NCBI GenBank assembly: GCA_035495215.1
Contig: DATJGH010000137.1
Span: 1-62,928, forward strand
Source: Patescibacteria group bacterium
Lineage (GTDB): Bacteria > Chloroflexota > Limnocylindria > Limnocylindrales > CSP1-4
Direction of reading: 5' to 3'
Length of the DNA: 62,928 nucleotides
Position 1 is the first letter of the stretch. Each line of letters starts with the position of its first letter. Below are positions 27,854 through 35,934 of the stretch, in pieces. Both the position numbers and the translations under genes were made by a program. The notes beneath the pieces were generated by a model. It did no database searches. It was not told the DNA's origin and was given only the letters and a program-made list of their open reading frames with translations.

Positions 27854-27875
27854 CTGTCCCGGGCCATCGGGACAG
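27854..27875. terminator. 8-6-8 hairpin CTGTCCCG-GGCCAT-CGGGACAG, 3 nt downstream of the USP stop
   Basis: Read directly. No T-tract. The motif resembles the hairpin at 35354-35375. Confidence 0.45.
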
Positions 27876-27877
27876 GG

Positions 27878-28336
27878 TCAGGAGCGGACGATCAGCACCG
27901 GGCACGGAGCGTGTCGAACGACGTGGTCGGAGACGCTGCCGAGGACGAAGCGCTCGACCCGGTTCCGGCCGCGCGTGCCGACGATGACGAGGTCAGCGGC
28001 CTCCGCCGCGGCGGCCTCGACGATGGCCGGCCCGGGCTCGCCCTCCCAGACGAGGAAGGACACGCTGACGCCGATGCGCCGGCCCTGCACGACGATCGCC
28101 TGGGCGGCGAACTCCCGGGCCGCGCGGCGCTGGTCCATGCGCTCCACGGGACCGCTGGACAGCGGTGTCGCCGGGTCGATGACGCTCACCACGAGGAGAT
28201 CCGCGTGCAGCGATCGCGCCAGCTCCAACGCCTCGTCCGTCGCGCCAGCCGACGCCGGCGAGAGATCCGTCGCGAGCAGGATTCGCTGAATCGCCCGGCG
28301 CGGCGCGGGCACGAGCGACGGGGTCACGGCGGGCAC
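27878..28336 (-). CDS. universal stress protein (UspA family)
   Basis: C-terminal 152 codons of track ORF 27878-29224. ILLATDLS.., ADLVIVGTRGRN, GSVSDHVVRHAPCPVLIV. GTG start at 28336, 5 nt after the oxidase stop. Confidence 0.85.
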   Translation of the reverse strand: MPAVTPSLVPAPRRAIQRILLATDLSPASAGATDEALELARSLHADLLVVSVIDPATPLSSGPVERMDQRRAAREFAAQAIVVQGRRIGVSVSFLVWEGEPGPAIVEAAAAEAADLVIVGTRGRNRVERFVLGSVSDHVVRHAPCPVLIVRS

Positions 28337-28341
28337 CGCGC

Positions 28342-29634
28342 TCAAAGGACCCGACACTCCAGCGCCGTGGACCCGGCGGCGGCCGCGGCGACGCGGACGG
28401 GCGATGCCGCACCCGCGCTCACGGTCGACGCGGTCGCGGCAGCTGGCGCCTGGACGACGAGCGCGGTGACCATCCCGAACATGCCGTCGCGGCCCTCGGC
28501 GTGCGGCAGGATGTGGCAATGGAATGCCCATGCGCCGGGCTCGGTGCAATCGATCACCACGTCCCACCGCTCGCCCGGGTTCACGCCAAGCGTGTCGCAG
28601 CGGAACGAGGCCGCCCCGAGCTCGTAGCCGTCCCGGGCGACGACATGCATCGGCGTACCGTGCAGGTGCCAGGGATGCATCATCACGCCCTCGTTCATGA
28701 ACCGGACGAGGATCTTGTCCCCGAGCTTGGCGACGAGGGGCGCCGTGGCAGGAAAGCCGCGGCCGTTGATCGTGAATCCGCCAAGGGAATCGTTGCTGAT
28801 CCAGACGATGTCCTGGCTCACGCCGTACTTGCGCTCGACGCGCTGCGCAGGATCCTTCGGGTGGACGATGAACGCGCCCAGCAAGCCGCGCCCGACCTGG
28901 TCGGTCGCGTTGTGGTGCGAGTGGTACATGTGCGAGCCGGTCGTGCGGGCGGTGAACTCGTAGGTGAACGAGGCTCCCGGCTGGATCGGGTCCTGGGTGA
29001 TGTGCGGGACACCGTCCATGTTGTTGGGCAGCTGCTGCCCGTGGAAATGGATGCCCGTCGTCTCGTCGAGGTTGTTGGTGAAGATCGCCCTGACCTTGTC
29101 CCCCTCGACGACGTCGAGCCGCGGACCGGGCCACGTGCCGTTGAAGCCGAGGGCATCGATCGGGTCCTTGAGCGCATCGATCCGGTGCTTGATCCGGTCG
29201 ACGGTCAGCTCGAACACCTTCCACTCGCCATCGCGCTTCGGCTCGCCGTAGGGCTGGTTGCCCTTGCCTTCGACCGCAGTCGCTTCACCGTCGAGGAAGC
29301 GCTTGACGATCGCCGCCGCGTTCGCGTCGTGGTCGTCGGCGCCGGGGCTCGCGCCCGGGCTGCCGTGATCCATCGATGCTCCCGGCGTCGTCGCGGGGCT
29401 GGCCGCAGGGCCGCTTGTCGTGTTCGGTGCGCCGATCGGCCCGTAGATCCAGGGCTGTGCCGTCGCCGCGGGCGTGCAGGCCGCCGCGACGGTGGCTGCG
29501 ACCGCGCCGCCGCCGGCGAGCACCGCGCCGCGCAGGAACCGGCGCCGGCTGAGCTCCCGGGGGAGGTCGGCGATGAGCGCGGCTGCCGCGGGGCCGCCGG
29601 GCAGGGATGTGCTGCGGTCCGTCTCGTTCGTCAT
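28342..29634 (-). CDS. Tat-exported multicopper oxidase
   Basis: SRRRFLRG twin-arginine signal. Copper-site motifs HFHG, HSHH, HPWHLHG, HCHILPHAEGRDGM. Confidence 0.92.
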   Translation of the reverse strand: MTNETDRSTSLPGGPAAAALIADLPRELSRRRFLRGAVLAGGGAVAATVAAACTPAATAQPWIYGPIGAPNTTSGPAASPATTPGASMDHGSPGASPGADDHDANAAAIVKRFLDGEATAVEGKGNQPYGEPKRDGEWKVFELTVDRIKHRIDALKDPIDALGFNGTWPGPRLDVVEGDKVRAIFTNNLDETTGIHFHGQQLPNNMDGVPHITQDPIQPGASFTYEFTARTTGSHMYHSHHNATDQVGRGLLGAFIVHPKDPAQRVERKYGVSQDIVWISNDSLGGFTINGRGFPATAPLVAKLGDKILVRFMNEGVMMHPWHLHGTPMHVVARDGYELGAASFRCDTLGVNPGERWDVVIDCTEPGAWAFHCHILPHAEGRDGMFGMVTALVVQAPAAATASTVSAGAASPVRVAAAAAGSTALECRVL

Positions 29635-29756
29635 GCCGGGATGTTGGCGGCGAGGCCATTGGCGTCACAGTGACCTTCGGCACGTATTGCGCGGGCAAAT
29701 GGCATCCGGCGGGTGGGCCCGCGGAATCGCCGGGTGGGCCGCGGTAGGCTCTCGGA

Positions 29757-30902
29757 ATGCGCTCGGACGACGCCCTGTACCAGCTGGACCGCGCCACCCG
29801 CGCGATCGCCGGCGAGCTCGACCTGGATCGCGTCCTCCAGCTCATCGTCGATGGCGTGCGTGAGCTCGTCGGGGCGCAGTACGCGGCCCTCGGCATCGTC
29901 GACGTCACGGGCCGGATCGAGCGGTTCATCACGAGCGGGATCTCCGATGCGCTGCGCCGCTCGATCGGCCCCCTGCCCGAGGGGCATGGACTGCTCGGAA
30001 CCATCATCCGCGACGGTGTGACGCTTCGGATACCGGACATCTCGAAGCACCCGGACTCGTACGGCTTCCCGCCGAACCATCCCCCGATGCACTCGCTGCT
30101 CGGCGTCCCCATCCGGGTCGGCCGGGCGACGGTGGGCAACTTCTACCTGACCGAGAAGCAGGGGGCCTCGGCGTTCAGCGACGACGACGAGGAGCTCGTC
30201 GAGATGTTCGCCCTCCATGCAGGCATCGCAATCCAGAACGCACGGCTGCTCCTCGAGGTCCAGAAGCTGGCGATCGTCGACGAGCGGCTACGCATCAGCC
30301 GCGACCTGCACGACGGCATCATCCAGAGCATCTATGCGGTGAGCCTGTCGCTCGAGGACGTGCCGGAGCTCATCCAGGAGGATGACGCCGAGGCGGTTGC
30401 CCGGGTCGATCGCGCGATCGACCGGCTCCATACGACCATCGGCGACATCCGGACGTTCATCGTCGGACTGGGGCCAGAGGCGGGCTCCGGGCTCGGAGGC
30501 GCGATCGAGTCGATGGCCCGGGAGCTGTTCACCGGGTCGACGACCGAGCTCACCCTCGACCTGCCGGGTGCCAGTGCCCTGGATGTCGGCCTGCCCCCGG
30601 AGGCCGCCCACGAGCTGGTCCAGATCGCCCGGGAGGCCCTCAGCAACGTCGCCCGTCACAGTCGCGCCGGCCGGGCCAGGCTCGAGCTCCGGCTCGACGA
30701 CGGCGAAGCCGAGCTGCTCGTCGAGGACGACGGCGAAGGGTTCGATCCCCGGCAGCGCTTCGGCAGCGGCCACTTCGGCCTGGCGAATCTCCGCGATCGG
30801 GCGGCCGCGGTTGCCGGGACCCTGACGATCGACAGCGAGCCCGGCAAGGGCGCGCGTATCATCGTCCGGCTTCCCATCTCTCAAGCGGAGCCCGCAGCTT
30901 GA
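29757..30902 (+). CDS. cytoplasmic GAF-domain histidine kinase (HisKA_3 / NarL-partner type, DevS/DosS-like architecture)
   Basis: 381 aa. GAF (GHGLLGTIIRDG..HPPMHSLLGVPI), H-box RISRDLHDGIIQS, ATPase motifs EALSNVARHS, DDGEGF, GHFGLANL. No TM. Confidence 0.9.
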   Translation: MRSDDALYQLDRATRAIAGELDLDRVLQLIVDGVRELVGAQYAALGIVDVTGRIERFITSGISDALRRSIGPLPEGHGLLGTIIRDGVTLRIPDISKHPDSYGFPPNHPPMHSLLGVPIRVGRATVGNFYLTEKQGASAFSDDDEELVEMFALHAGIAIQNARLLLEVQKLAIVDERLRISRDLHDGIIQSIYAVSLSLEDVPELIQEDDAEAVARVDRAIDRLHTTIGDIRTFIVGLGPEAGSGLGGAIESMARELFTGSTTELTLDLPGASALDVGLPPEAAHELVQIAREALSNVARHSRAGRARLELRLDDGEAELLVEDDGEGFDPRQRFGSGHFGLANLRDRAAAVAGTLTIDSEPGKGARIIVRLPISQAEPAA

Positions 30903-31594
30903 CCGAAACGCGTGCCGAGATGCCGGGCGGCCCGGGCCGGCCATACCGTCTGCTCATCGTCGACGACCACGAGGTCGTGCGCCAGGGCCTGTCCGCGCTG
31001 CTCGACCGGCGCGAGGGCTTCCAGGTGGTGGCCGAAGCAGGCACCGCCGCTGAAGCCATCGAGCAGGCGCGACGCTTCGAGCCCGACATCGTGGTCATGG
31101 ACGTACGGCTGCCCGACGGCTCCGGGATCGAGGCGTGCCGGGAGATCCGCGCCGAGCTGCCGTCGACCCGGGTCGTGATGCTCACCTCGTACCCGGACGA
31201 AGAGGCGGTCCTGTCGGCCATCGTGGCCGGGGCGGCGGGCTACCTGCTCAAGCAGATCCGCGCCCGCGACCTCGTGGCGGCGCTGGAGGCCGTTGGCCGC
31301 GGCGAGTCCCTGCTCGACCCCGCCGTCACCGAGAAGGTGCTGGAACGCGTCCGCCGCATCGCGACCGGGGGCCAGACCGACGAGATGTCCCTGCTCACGT
31401 CGCAGGAGCAGAAGATCCTGATGCTCGTCGCCGAGGGCAAGACGAACAAGGAGATCGCGGCCGACGTGTTCCTCTCCGACAAGACCGTCAAGAACTACGT
31501 CAGCTCGATCCTGTCCAAGCTGAACCTCGAGCGCCGCGCCCAGGCCGCAGCCTTCGTCGCGAAGCACCGGGGATACGGCCGCCCGCCCGACTGA
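30899..31594 (+). CDS. NarL/LuxR-family response regulator
   Basis: Receiver LLIVDDHEVVR..VVMDVRLPDGSG..VVMLTS, C-terminal LuxR HTH (LTSQEQKILMLVAEGKTNKEIAADVFLSDKTVKNYVSSI). TTG 30899 overlaps the kinase stop; ATG 30920 is an alternative. Confidence 0.92.
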   Translation: MTETRAEMPGGPGRPYRLLIVDDHEVVRQGLSALLDRREGFQVVAEAGTAAEAIEQARRFEPDIVVMDVRLPDGSGIEACREIRAELPSTRVVMLTSYPDEEAVLSAIVAGAAGYLLKQIRARDLVAALEAVGRGESLLDPAVTEKVLERVRRIATGGQTDEMSLLTSQEQKILMLVAEGKTNKEIAADVFLSDKTVKNYVSSILSKLNLERRAQAAAFVAKHRGYGRPPD

Positions 31595-31700
31595 CCAGCC
31601 CGGGTTGCGCCGGACGTCCCGTCCGGCCGGTCCATTCGGCCATGGTCGAGCCCGCTGGCGGTGGCTAGCGTGCCATCCGGGTCGGTGGAGGCGCCCGGTC

Positions 31701-32048
31701 ATGCACACCCTCGAGCAGCACGTCCCCGCCCAGGCGGCGGTCATCTGGGTTGACACCTGGCACGCGCTGATCGCGCGCACCGATCACGGCCGGCCGACCG
31801 TGACCGAGGTCGATCGCGTGGCCGAATCGGAGCACGACTACTTCCAGCGCGTCGCCCGCGAGGCCGAGGATTGCGATCGCCTGATGCTCCTCGGGCCGGC
31901 CACGACATGGCAGGCGTTCGAGCTCGAGTACTGCACCGTGTTCCGGCGCGTCGATCGCTTCGTCGAAGCCGAGACCGCCGCCCCCACGACGCCGCGGGAG
32001 CTCGTCGAGCGACTCCGCCTGCTCGAACCCGACGAACGGCGCGCCTGA
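31701..32048 (+). CDS. hypothetical 115-aa protein, paralog of 32705-33040
   Basis: Trimmed from track ORF 31605-32048 to MHTLEQH. Aligns with the downstream paralog: AVIWVDTWHALIA / AVVWVDAARAIVA, SEHDY / SETEY, LLGP / IVGP, ELVERLRLL / RILERMRRL. Confidence 0.6.
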   Translation: MHTLEQHVPAQAAVIWVDTWHALIARTDHGRPTVTEVDRVAESEHDYFQRVAREAEDCDRLMLLGPATTWQAFELEYCTVFRRVDRFVEAETAAPTTPRELVERLRLLEPDERRA

Positions 32049-32114
32049 TCGGGACCCGCGGCCCTACCCGGCGCCGTCGCGGCGCGTGAGCATCTCCACG
32101 ACAGGAGGTGCGCC

Positions 32115-32567
32115 GTGACCATCCAGCTCTCAGCCGATGTCATCGAACGGCGATTCGTGGAGCAGGAGCATCACCGGCTGCGGGCCGGTCTCTCGAACCT
32201 TCAGGACGCGCTCGAGGACGCGCATCGACTGAGCCAGCCCGAGATCATGGACCGGGTCGTCCGCTCGCTGACCTGGCTCCGTCGCGACGTGCTCCCGCAC
32301 GCCGCGTGGGAGGAGGCCTGGCTGTACGGCCACGTCGATTCCCAGGCCGGGACGCCCTGGGCGACGCGGGCGCTGCGTTTCGAGCACGAGCAGATCCGGG
32401 AGGTTGCCGCGGCCCTCGAGACGGAGTTCCAGACCGCCCACGAGCACTGGACCGTCGAGCAGGCGACGCGACTGGTGATCGCGCTGACCCGCCTCGAGAC
32501 GCTGATCTCGGCGCACCTCGCGCAGGAGGAGCGCATGGTCGTGCCGCTCCTGCAGGCGGCTGACTAG
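32115..32567 (+). CDS. hemerythrin HHE cation-binding domain protein
   Basis: 150 aa. AGGAGG RBS 6 nt upstream of the GTG. His/Glu pattern EHHRL .. HAAWEE .. FEHEQI .. HLAQEE spaced as in a four-helix hemerythrin-like bundle. Confidence 0.78.
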   Translation: MTIQLSADVIERRFVEQEHHRLRAGLSNLQDALEDAHRLSQPEIMDRVVRSLTWLRRDVLPHAAWEEAWLYGHVDSQAGTPWATRALRFEHEQIREVAAALETEFQTAHEHWTVEQATRLVIALTRLETLISAHLAQEERMVVPLLQAAD

Positions 32568-32622
32568 GGGAGCTGGTTGATCACGGCCGGCCGAGCCAGC
32601 GACTCGGCAGCACCCGCAACGT

Positions 32623-32656
32623 GGAAGGGCCCGCCGGCAAGCCGGCGGGCCCTTCC
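32623..32656. terminator. perfect 34-nt palindrome GGAAGGGCCCGCCGGC-AA-GCCGGCGGGCCCTTCC between convergent genes
   Basis: Read directly. 16-nt arms (about a 14-bp stem once a loop is opened). Sits between the hemerythrin stop (32567) and the stop of the minus-strand paralog (32705). Confidence 0.7.
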
Positions 32657-32704
32657 GATGCCCCGTGTCGGTGCGGCCGGGGCGTCTTGCTGGGGTTCTC
32701 CGGG

Positions 32705-33040
32705 TCAGGCGGCGAGTCGGCGCATGCGCTCGAGGATCCGGGCTTCGGCCAGGGGCGCCGAAAGCGGGATCCCGACGAGGCGCTCGGGCCTGTGGCTGAT
32801 CGCCACGAACTCTCGTTCGAGGGCCAGCCGGACCGAGCTCGGGCCGACGATGCTCACCTTCGGCCGGTTACCGATCTCGTGGACGACGTGGGCGAGGTAC
32901 TCCGTCTCGGATGCGGACCCACGCTCGATCTTCTCGGTCGCGATCCCGCCCTCCGGCTCGGTGCACGCGACGATCGCGCGCGCCGCATCCACCCAGACCA
33001 CCGCGCTGGGCTCCCGCTGTGCCTGCTTCCTGTCTGTCAT
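32705..33040 (-). CDS. hypothetical 111-aa protein, paralog of 31701-32048
   Basis: Trimmed from track ORF 32705-33112 to MTDRKQAQ. AGGAGG RBS 7 nt upstream of the ATG at 33040. Confidence 0.65.
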   Translation of the reverse strand: MTDRKQAQREPSAVVWVDAARAIVACTEPEGGIATEKIERGSASETEYLAHVVHEIGNRPKVSIVGPSSVRLALEREFVAISHRPERLVGIPLSAPLAEARILERMRRLAA

Positions 33041-33127
33041 GGCCGCACCTCCTGCGTCGACCCTAGCCCTGCGTCGAGACCGCTGATACGGCCGTCCGGC
33101 CCGCGGCCACATGCCGATTGGGCCCTC

Positions 33128-33982
33128 ATGGCATCCGATCGGACCGGGCCACGCGGACGATTCTCGGTGCGCGATCGGTGCTCCTGGACCCTAGGCGTTG
33201 CCTGGCGGACTGCCGATGCTGGAACCGTGACCAGCACCGGCCTTGCAGTGCGGGCGCCCCAAACGGCCACGGAGCGTCGTGCACTGCTCGACGCGCTCGA
33301 GGATCCGGCGGGCTGGCCGGAGGCCGCAGCGGCCCTGCTGGCCGAGCTCGGCTTCCGCCTCGTCGCCGCCGACCGGATGGCCGACGACGACAGCCACCTG
33401 TTGATCGCCCTGCGCGAGCGGCCGACGCTGCGACACTTCGATCCCGAGTCAGTCGCCTACTACGCGCCGAGCGGGACGACCGCGGCGCTGGCGGCGGTCG
33501 ATCGCGCCTCCCTGGACGGTCCGTCCCGTGACCGCCGCGCCCTGTGGGGTCACGTCCACGTGATCGACCGGATGCCCGTGGAGAACCGGTTCCTGACGTT
33601 CGGCGGCGACCTGCGCGCCGCGCGAATCGACGCCGAGCTCACCGTTGTCGACCTCTGGTCGCCGGCGCCGATCGTGCGCTGGGGCGGGCACAGCCAGGCG
33701 ACGGATCCGCTGGCCGAGGCGATCGGCGCGTTCTTCGGGCGACTGATCGTCCCGGTCGACTTCGTCCCGGGCGTCGCCCAGATGGTCGACGAGCTCCTGC
33801 CCGAGGTGCTGTACCGGGCGTTCCTGCTTGACGCGCTTGCACGCACCGCGCGCGTCGACCGCGCGAACCGACCAGCTTCGCCCTTCGACGCCTGGCTGGC
33901 CGCCGCGTGGGCTCGAGCGCGGGCCGACCGGCAGGCCTGCACCGCGGCCGAGGGCGTCATTCGCGAGCTGCGCCTGCCATAG
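33128..33982 (+). CDS. hypothetical protein
   Basis: Real part of track ORF 32621-33982. GC3 is high from about 33250 onward but low in the first ~40 codons, so GTG 33227 or 33248 may be the true start. No family recognised. Confidence 0.5.
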   Translation: MASDRTGPRGRFSVRDRCSWTLGVAWRTADAGTVTSTGLAVRAPQTATERRALLDALEDPAGWPEAAAALLAELGFRLVAADRMADDDSHLLIALRERPTLRHFDPESVAYYAPSGTTAALAAVDRASLDGPSRDRRALWGHVHVIDRMPVENRFLTFGGDLRAARIDAELTVVDLWSPAPIVRWGGHSQATDPLAEAIGAFFGRLIVPVDFVPGVAQMVDELLPEVLYRAFLLDALARTARVDRANRPASPFDAWLAAAWARARADRQACTAAEGVIRELRLP

Positions 33983-34064
33983 GGCCGCCCGGGTGACATC
34001 CGGCACCCAGCTGCGGGCCCAACGGCCGGGCGCCGCCGGCGCGCCGGGACCGTACGCTCCGGGC

Positions 34065-35336
34065 ATGCGAATCGTCACGCCTGCCGAAGCGGTCGCCGGA
34101 ATCCGATCGGGCGAGCAGCTCTACCTGCATTGCGCCGCGGCGACGCCGTCCGTGCTCCTCGACGCCCTCGTGGCGCGCGCGCCCGAGCTGACCGACGTCC
34201 GCGTCGTTCACCTGCACTGCGAAGGTCCGGGGCCGCATCTCGCCCCCGAGATGGCGCCTCACTTCCGGCATCGCGCGTTGTTCGTCGGACCGAATGCGCG
34301 CGCCGCGGTGAACGAGGGCCGCGCCGACTACGTGCCAGTGTTCCTGTCGGACGTGCCCCGCCTGTTCGAATCCGGGATGCTCCCGCTCGACCACGTCTTC
34401 GTCAACGCGACCCCCCCGGACGCCCACGGCTTCTGCTCGCTGGGCACCAGCGTCGAAGCCATGCACGCCGCTATCAGAGCGGCTCGGACGGTCATCGTCC
34501 AGTTCAACCGGGCAATCCCGCGAACGCTCGGCGAGAGCTTCATCCATGTCGACGACATCGACCTCGGGATCGAATGCGACGTCCCGCCGTACGAGCACCG
34601 CAACGGTGGGATCGGGGAGGTCGAGCGGCGGATCGGCGGCTACGTCGCCGAGCTCATCCCCGACGGGGCGACGCTCCAGCTGGGGATCGGCGCGATCCCG
34701 GCCGCGGTCGGCGCCGCGCTCCACGGCAAGAAGGACCTGGGCGTGCACACCGAGATGTTCACGGACACCGTGGTCGACCTGGTCGAGGCCGGCGTCATCA
34801 ACGGCTCTCGCAAGGAACGGAACCGGGGCAAGATCGTCGCCGCGTTCATGCTCGGCACGAAACGCCTGTACGACTTCGCCAACGACAACCCGATGGTCGA
34901 GATGCGCTCGGTCGACTTCACCAACGACACCCACGTGATCCGATCGTTCGGCCGGATGGTGGCGATCAACTCCGCCATCGAGATCGACCTGACGGGCCAG
35001 ATCGTGGCCGACTCGATCGGCCACCGGATGTATTCCGGTGTCGGCGGCCAGATGGACTTCATCCGGGGTGCCACCCTCGCCGCCGAGGGCCAGGCGATCA
35101 TCGCGCTGCCCGCGACCGCCACTGCCGGGGCGCGGTCGCGCATCGTCGCCTCGCTGCAGGAGGGAGCGGGCGTCGTCACGACCCGAGCCCACGCCCGCAC
35201 CGTGGTCACCGAGCACGGCATCGCGGAGCTGTGGGGTCGATCGCTCCGGGAGCGGGCCAAGGCGCTCATCGCGATCGCCGAGCCGGCATTCCGCGACGAG
35301 CTGACGCGAGAGGCCCGCCGGCTCCACCTCGACTAG
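34065..35336 (+). CDS. acetyl-CoA hydrolase/transferase family (4-hydroxybutyrate CoA-transferase-like)
   Basis: 423 aa from MRIVTPAEAVAGIRSGEQLYLH. FVGPNARAAVNEGRADYVPVFLS, LQLGIGAIP, GVHTEMF, SGVGGQMDF motifs. Confidence 0.88.
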   Translation: MRIVTPAEAVAGIRSGEQLYLHCAAATPSVLLDALVARAPELTDVRVVHLHCEGPGPHLAPEMAPHFRHRALFVGPNARAAVNEGRADYVPVFLSDVPRLFESGMLPLDHVFVNATPPDAHGFCSLGTSVEAMHAAIRAARTVIVQFNRAIPRTLGESFIHVDDIDLGIECDVPPYEHRNGGIGEVERRIGGYVAELIPDGATLQLGIGAIPAAVGAALHGKKDLGVHTEMFTDTVVDLVEAGVINGSRKERNRGKIVAAFMLGTKRLYDFANDNPMVEMRSVDFTNDTHVIRSFGRMVAINSAIEIDLTGQIVADSIGHRMYSGVGGQMDFIRGATLAAEGQAIIALPATATAGARSRIVASLQEGAGVVTTRAHARTVVTEHGIAELWGRSLRERAKALIAIAEPAFRDELTREARRLHLD

Positions 35337-35353
35337 GCGACGCGCGAGTCCGG

Positions 35354-35375
35354 AGGTCCCGGCCCCTCGGGACCT
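35354..35375. terminator. 8-6-8 hairpin AGGTCCCG-GCCCCT-CGGGACCT, 18 nt after the CoA-transferase stop
   Basis: Read directly. Shares the GTCCCGG..TCGGGAC core with 27854-27875. It could instead be an operator for the downstream hydrogenase operon. Confidence 0.45.
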
Positions 35376-35454
35376 GTGGCCGCGCCGATAGGGCCGTCTG
35401 GCGCTCTCGCGGGAGGTGCCTCCCTCCTACGTTGATGGCGGAGGTACCTGCCTC

Positions 35455-35934
35455 ATGACCAGCGCCCCGATCGACTTCGCCGCTCCGGGGAGCGTGCTCG
35501 ACCATCTTTCCGGCTACGCCCGGGATCGACTCTCGCGCATCTCGCGGACCGAAACGTTCGAAGCAGGCGCCACGATCCTCGCGGAAGGCGGTCCGACGCT
35601 CTTCCTGGGCGTGGTCGAGTCGGGCCGGATCGCGCTCCGACTTCGGGTCCCCGAGCAGGGTGATCGCCTCACGATCCTGACCATCGAGCCGGGTGAGCTC
35701 TTCGGCTGGTCAGCGGTCGTGCCGCCGTACCGGGCCACGATCGACGCGATCGCGACCGAGCCGGCGACGGTCCTCGCGATCGATGCCCTGGAGCTGCGGA
35801 CGACGCTCGCGCGCGACTGCGACCTCGCGGCGGAGGTGCTGCCGCTCGTGCTCGAGTCGCTCGCAGCGCGCCTTGCCGGCAGCTGGCACCAGCTGCTCGA
35901 CCTGTTCGCGACCGGGACGCCGCAACCGTGGTGA
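35455..35934 (+). CDS. stand-alone cyclic-nucleotide-binding domain protein (no DNA-binding domain)
   Basis: 159 aa. GGAGG RBS 10 nt upstream. cNMP beta-barrel pattern FEAGATILAEGGP..LFLGVVESGRIAL..ELFGWSAVV. Its stop overlaps the next ATG (TGATG). Confidence 0.72.
   Translation: MTSAPIDFAAPGSVLDHLSGYARDRLSRISRTETFEAGATILAEGGPTLFLGVVESGRIALRLRVPEQGDRLTILTIEPGELFGWSAVVPPYRATIDAIATEPATVLAIDALELRTTLARDCDLAAEVLPLVLESLAARLAGSWHQLLDLFATGTPQPW

Noticed and set aside
34363-34372. GTTCGAATCC 10-mer matching the tRNA-Gly T-loop, considered as a possible att-site duplicate marking an integrated element
   Set aside because: The match is only 10 nt, it lies inside a conserved CoA-transferase coding region, and there is no integrase or compositional shift between 7.8 and 34.4 kb.
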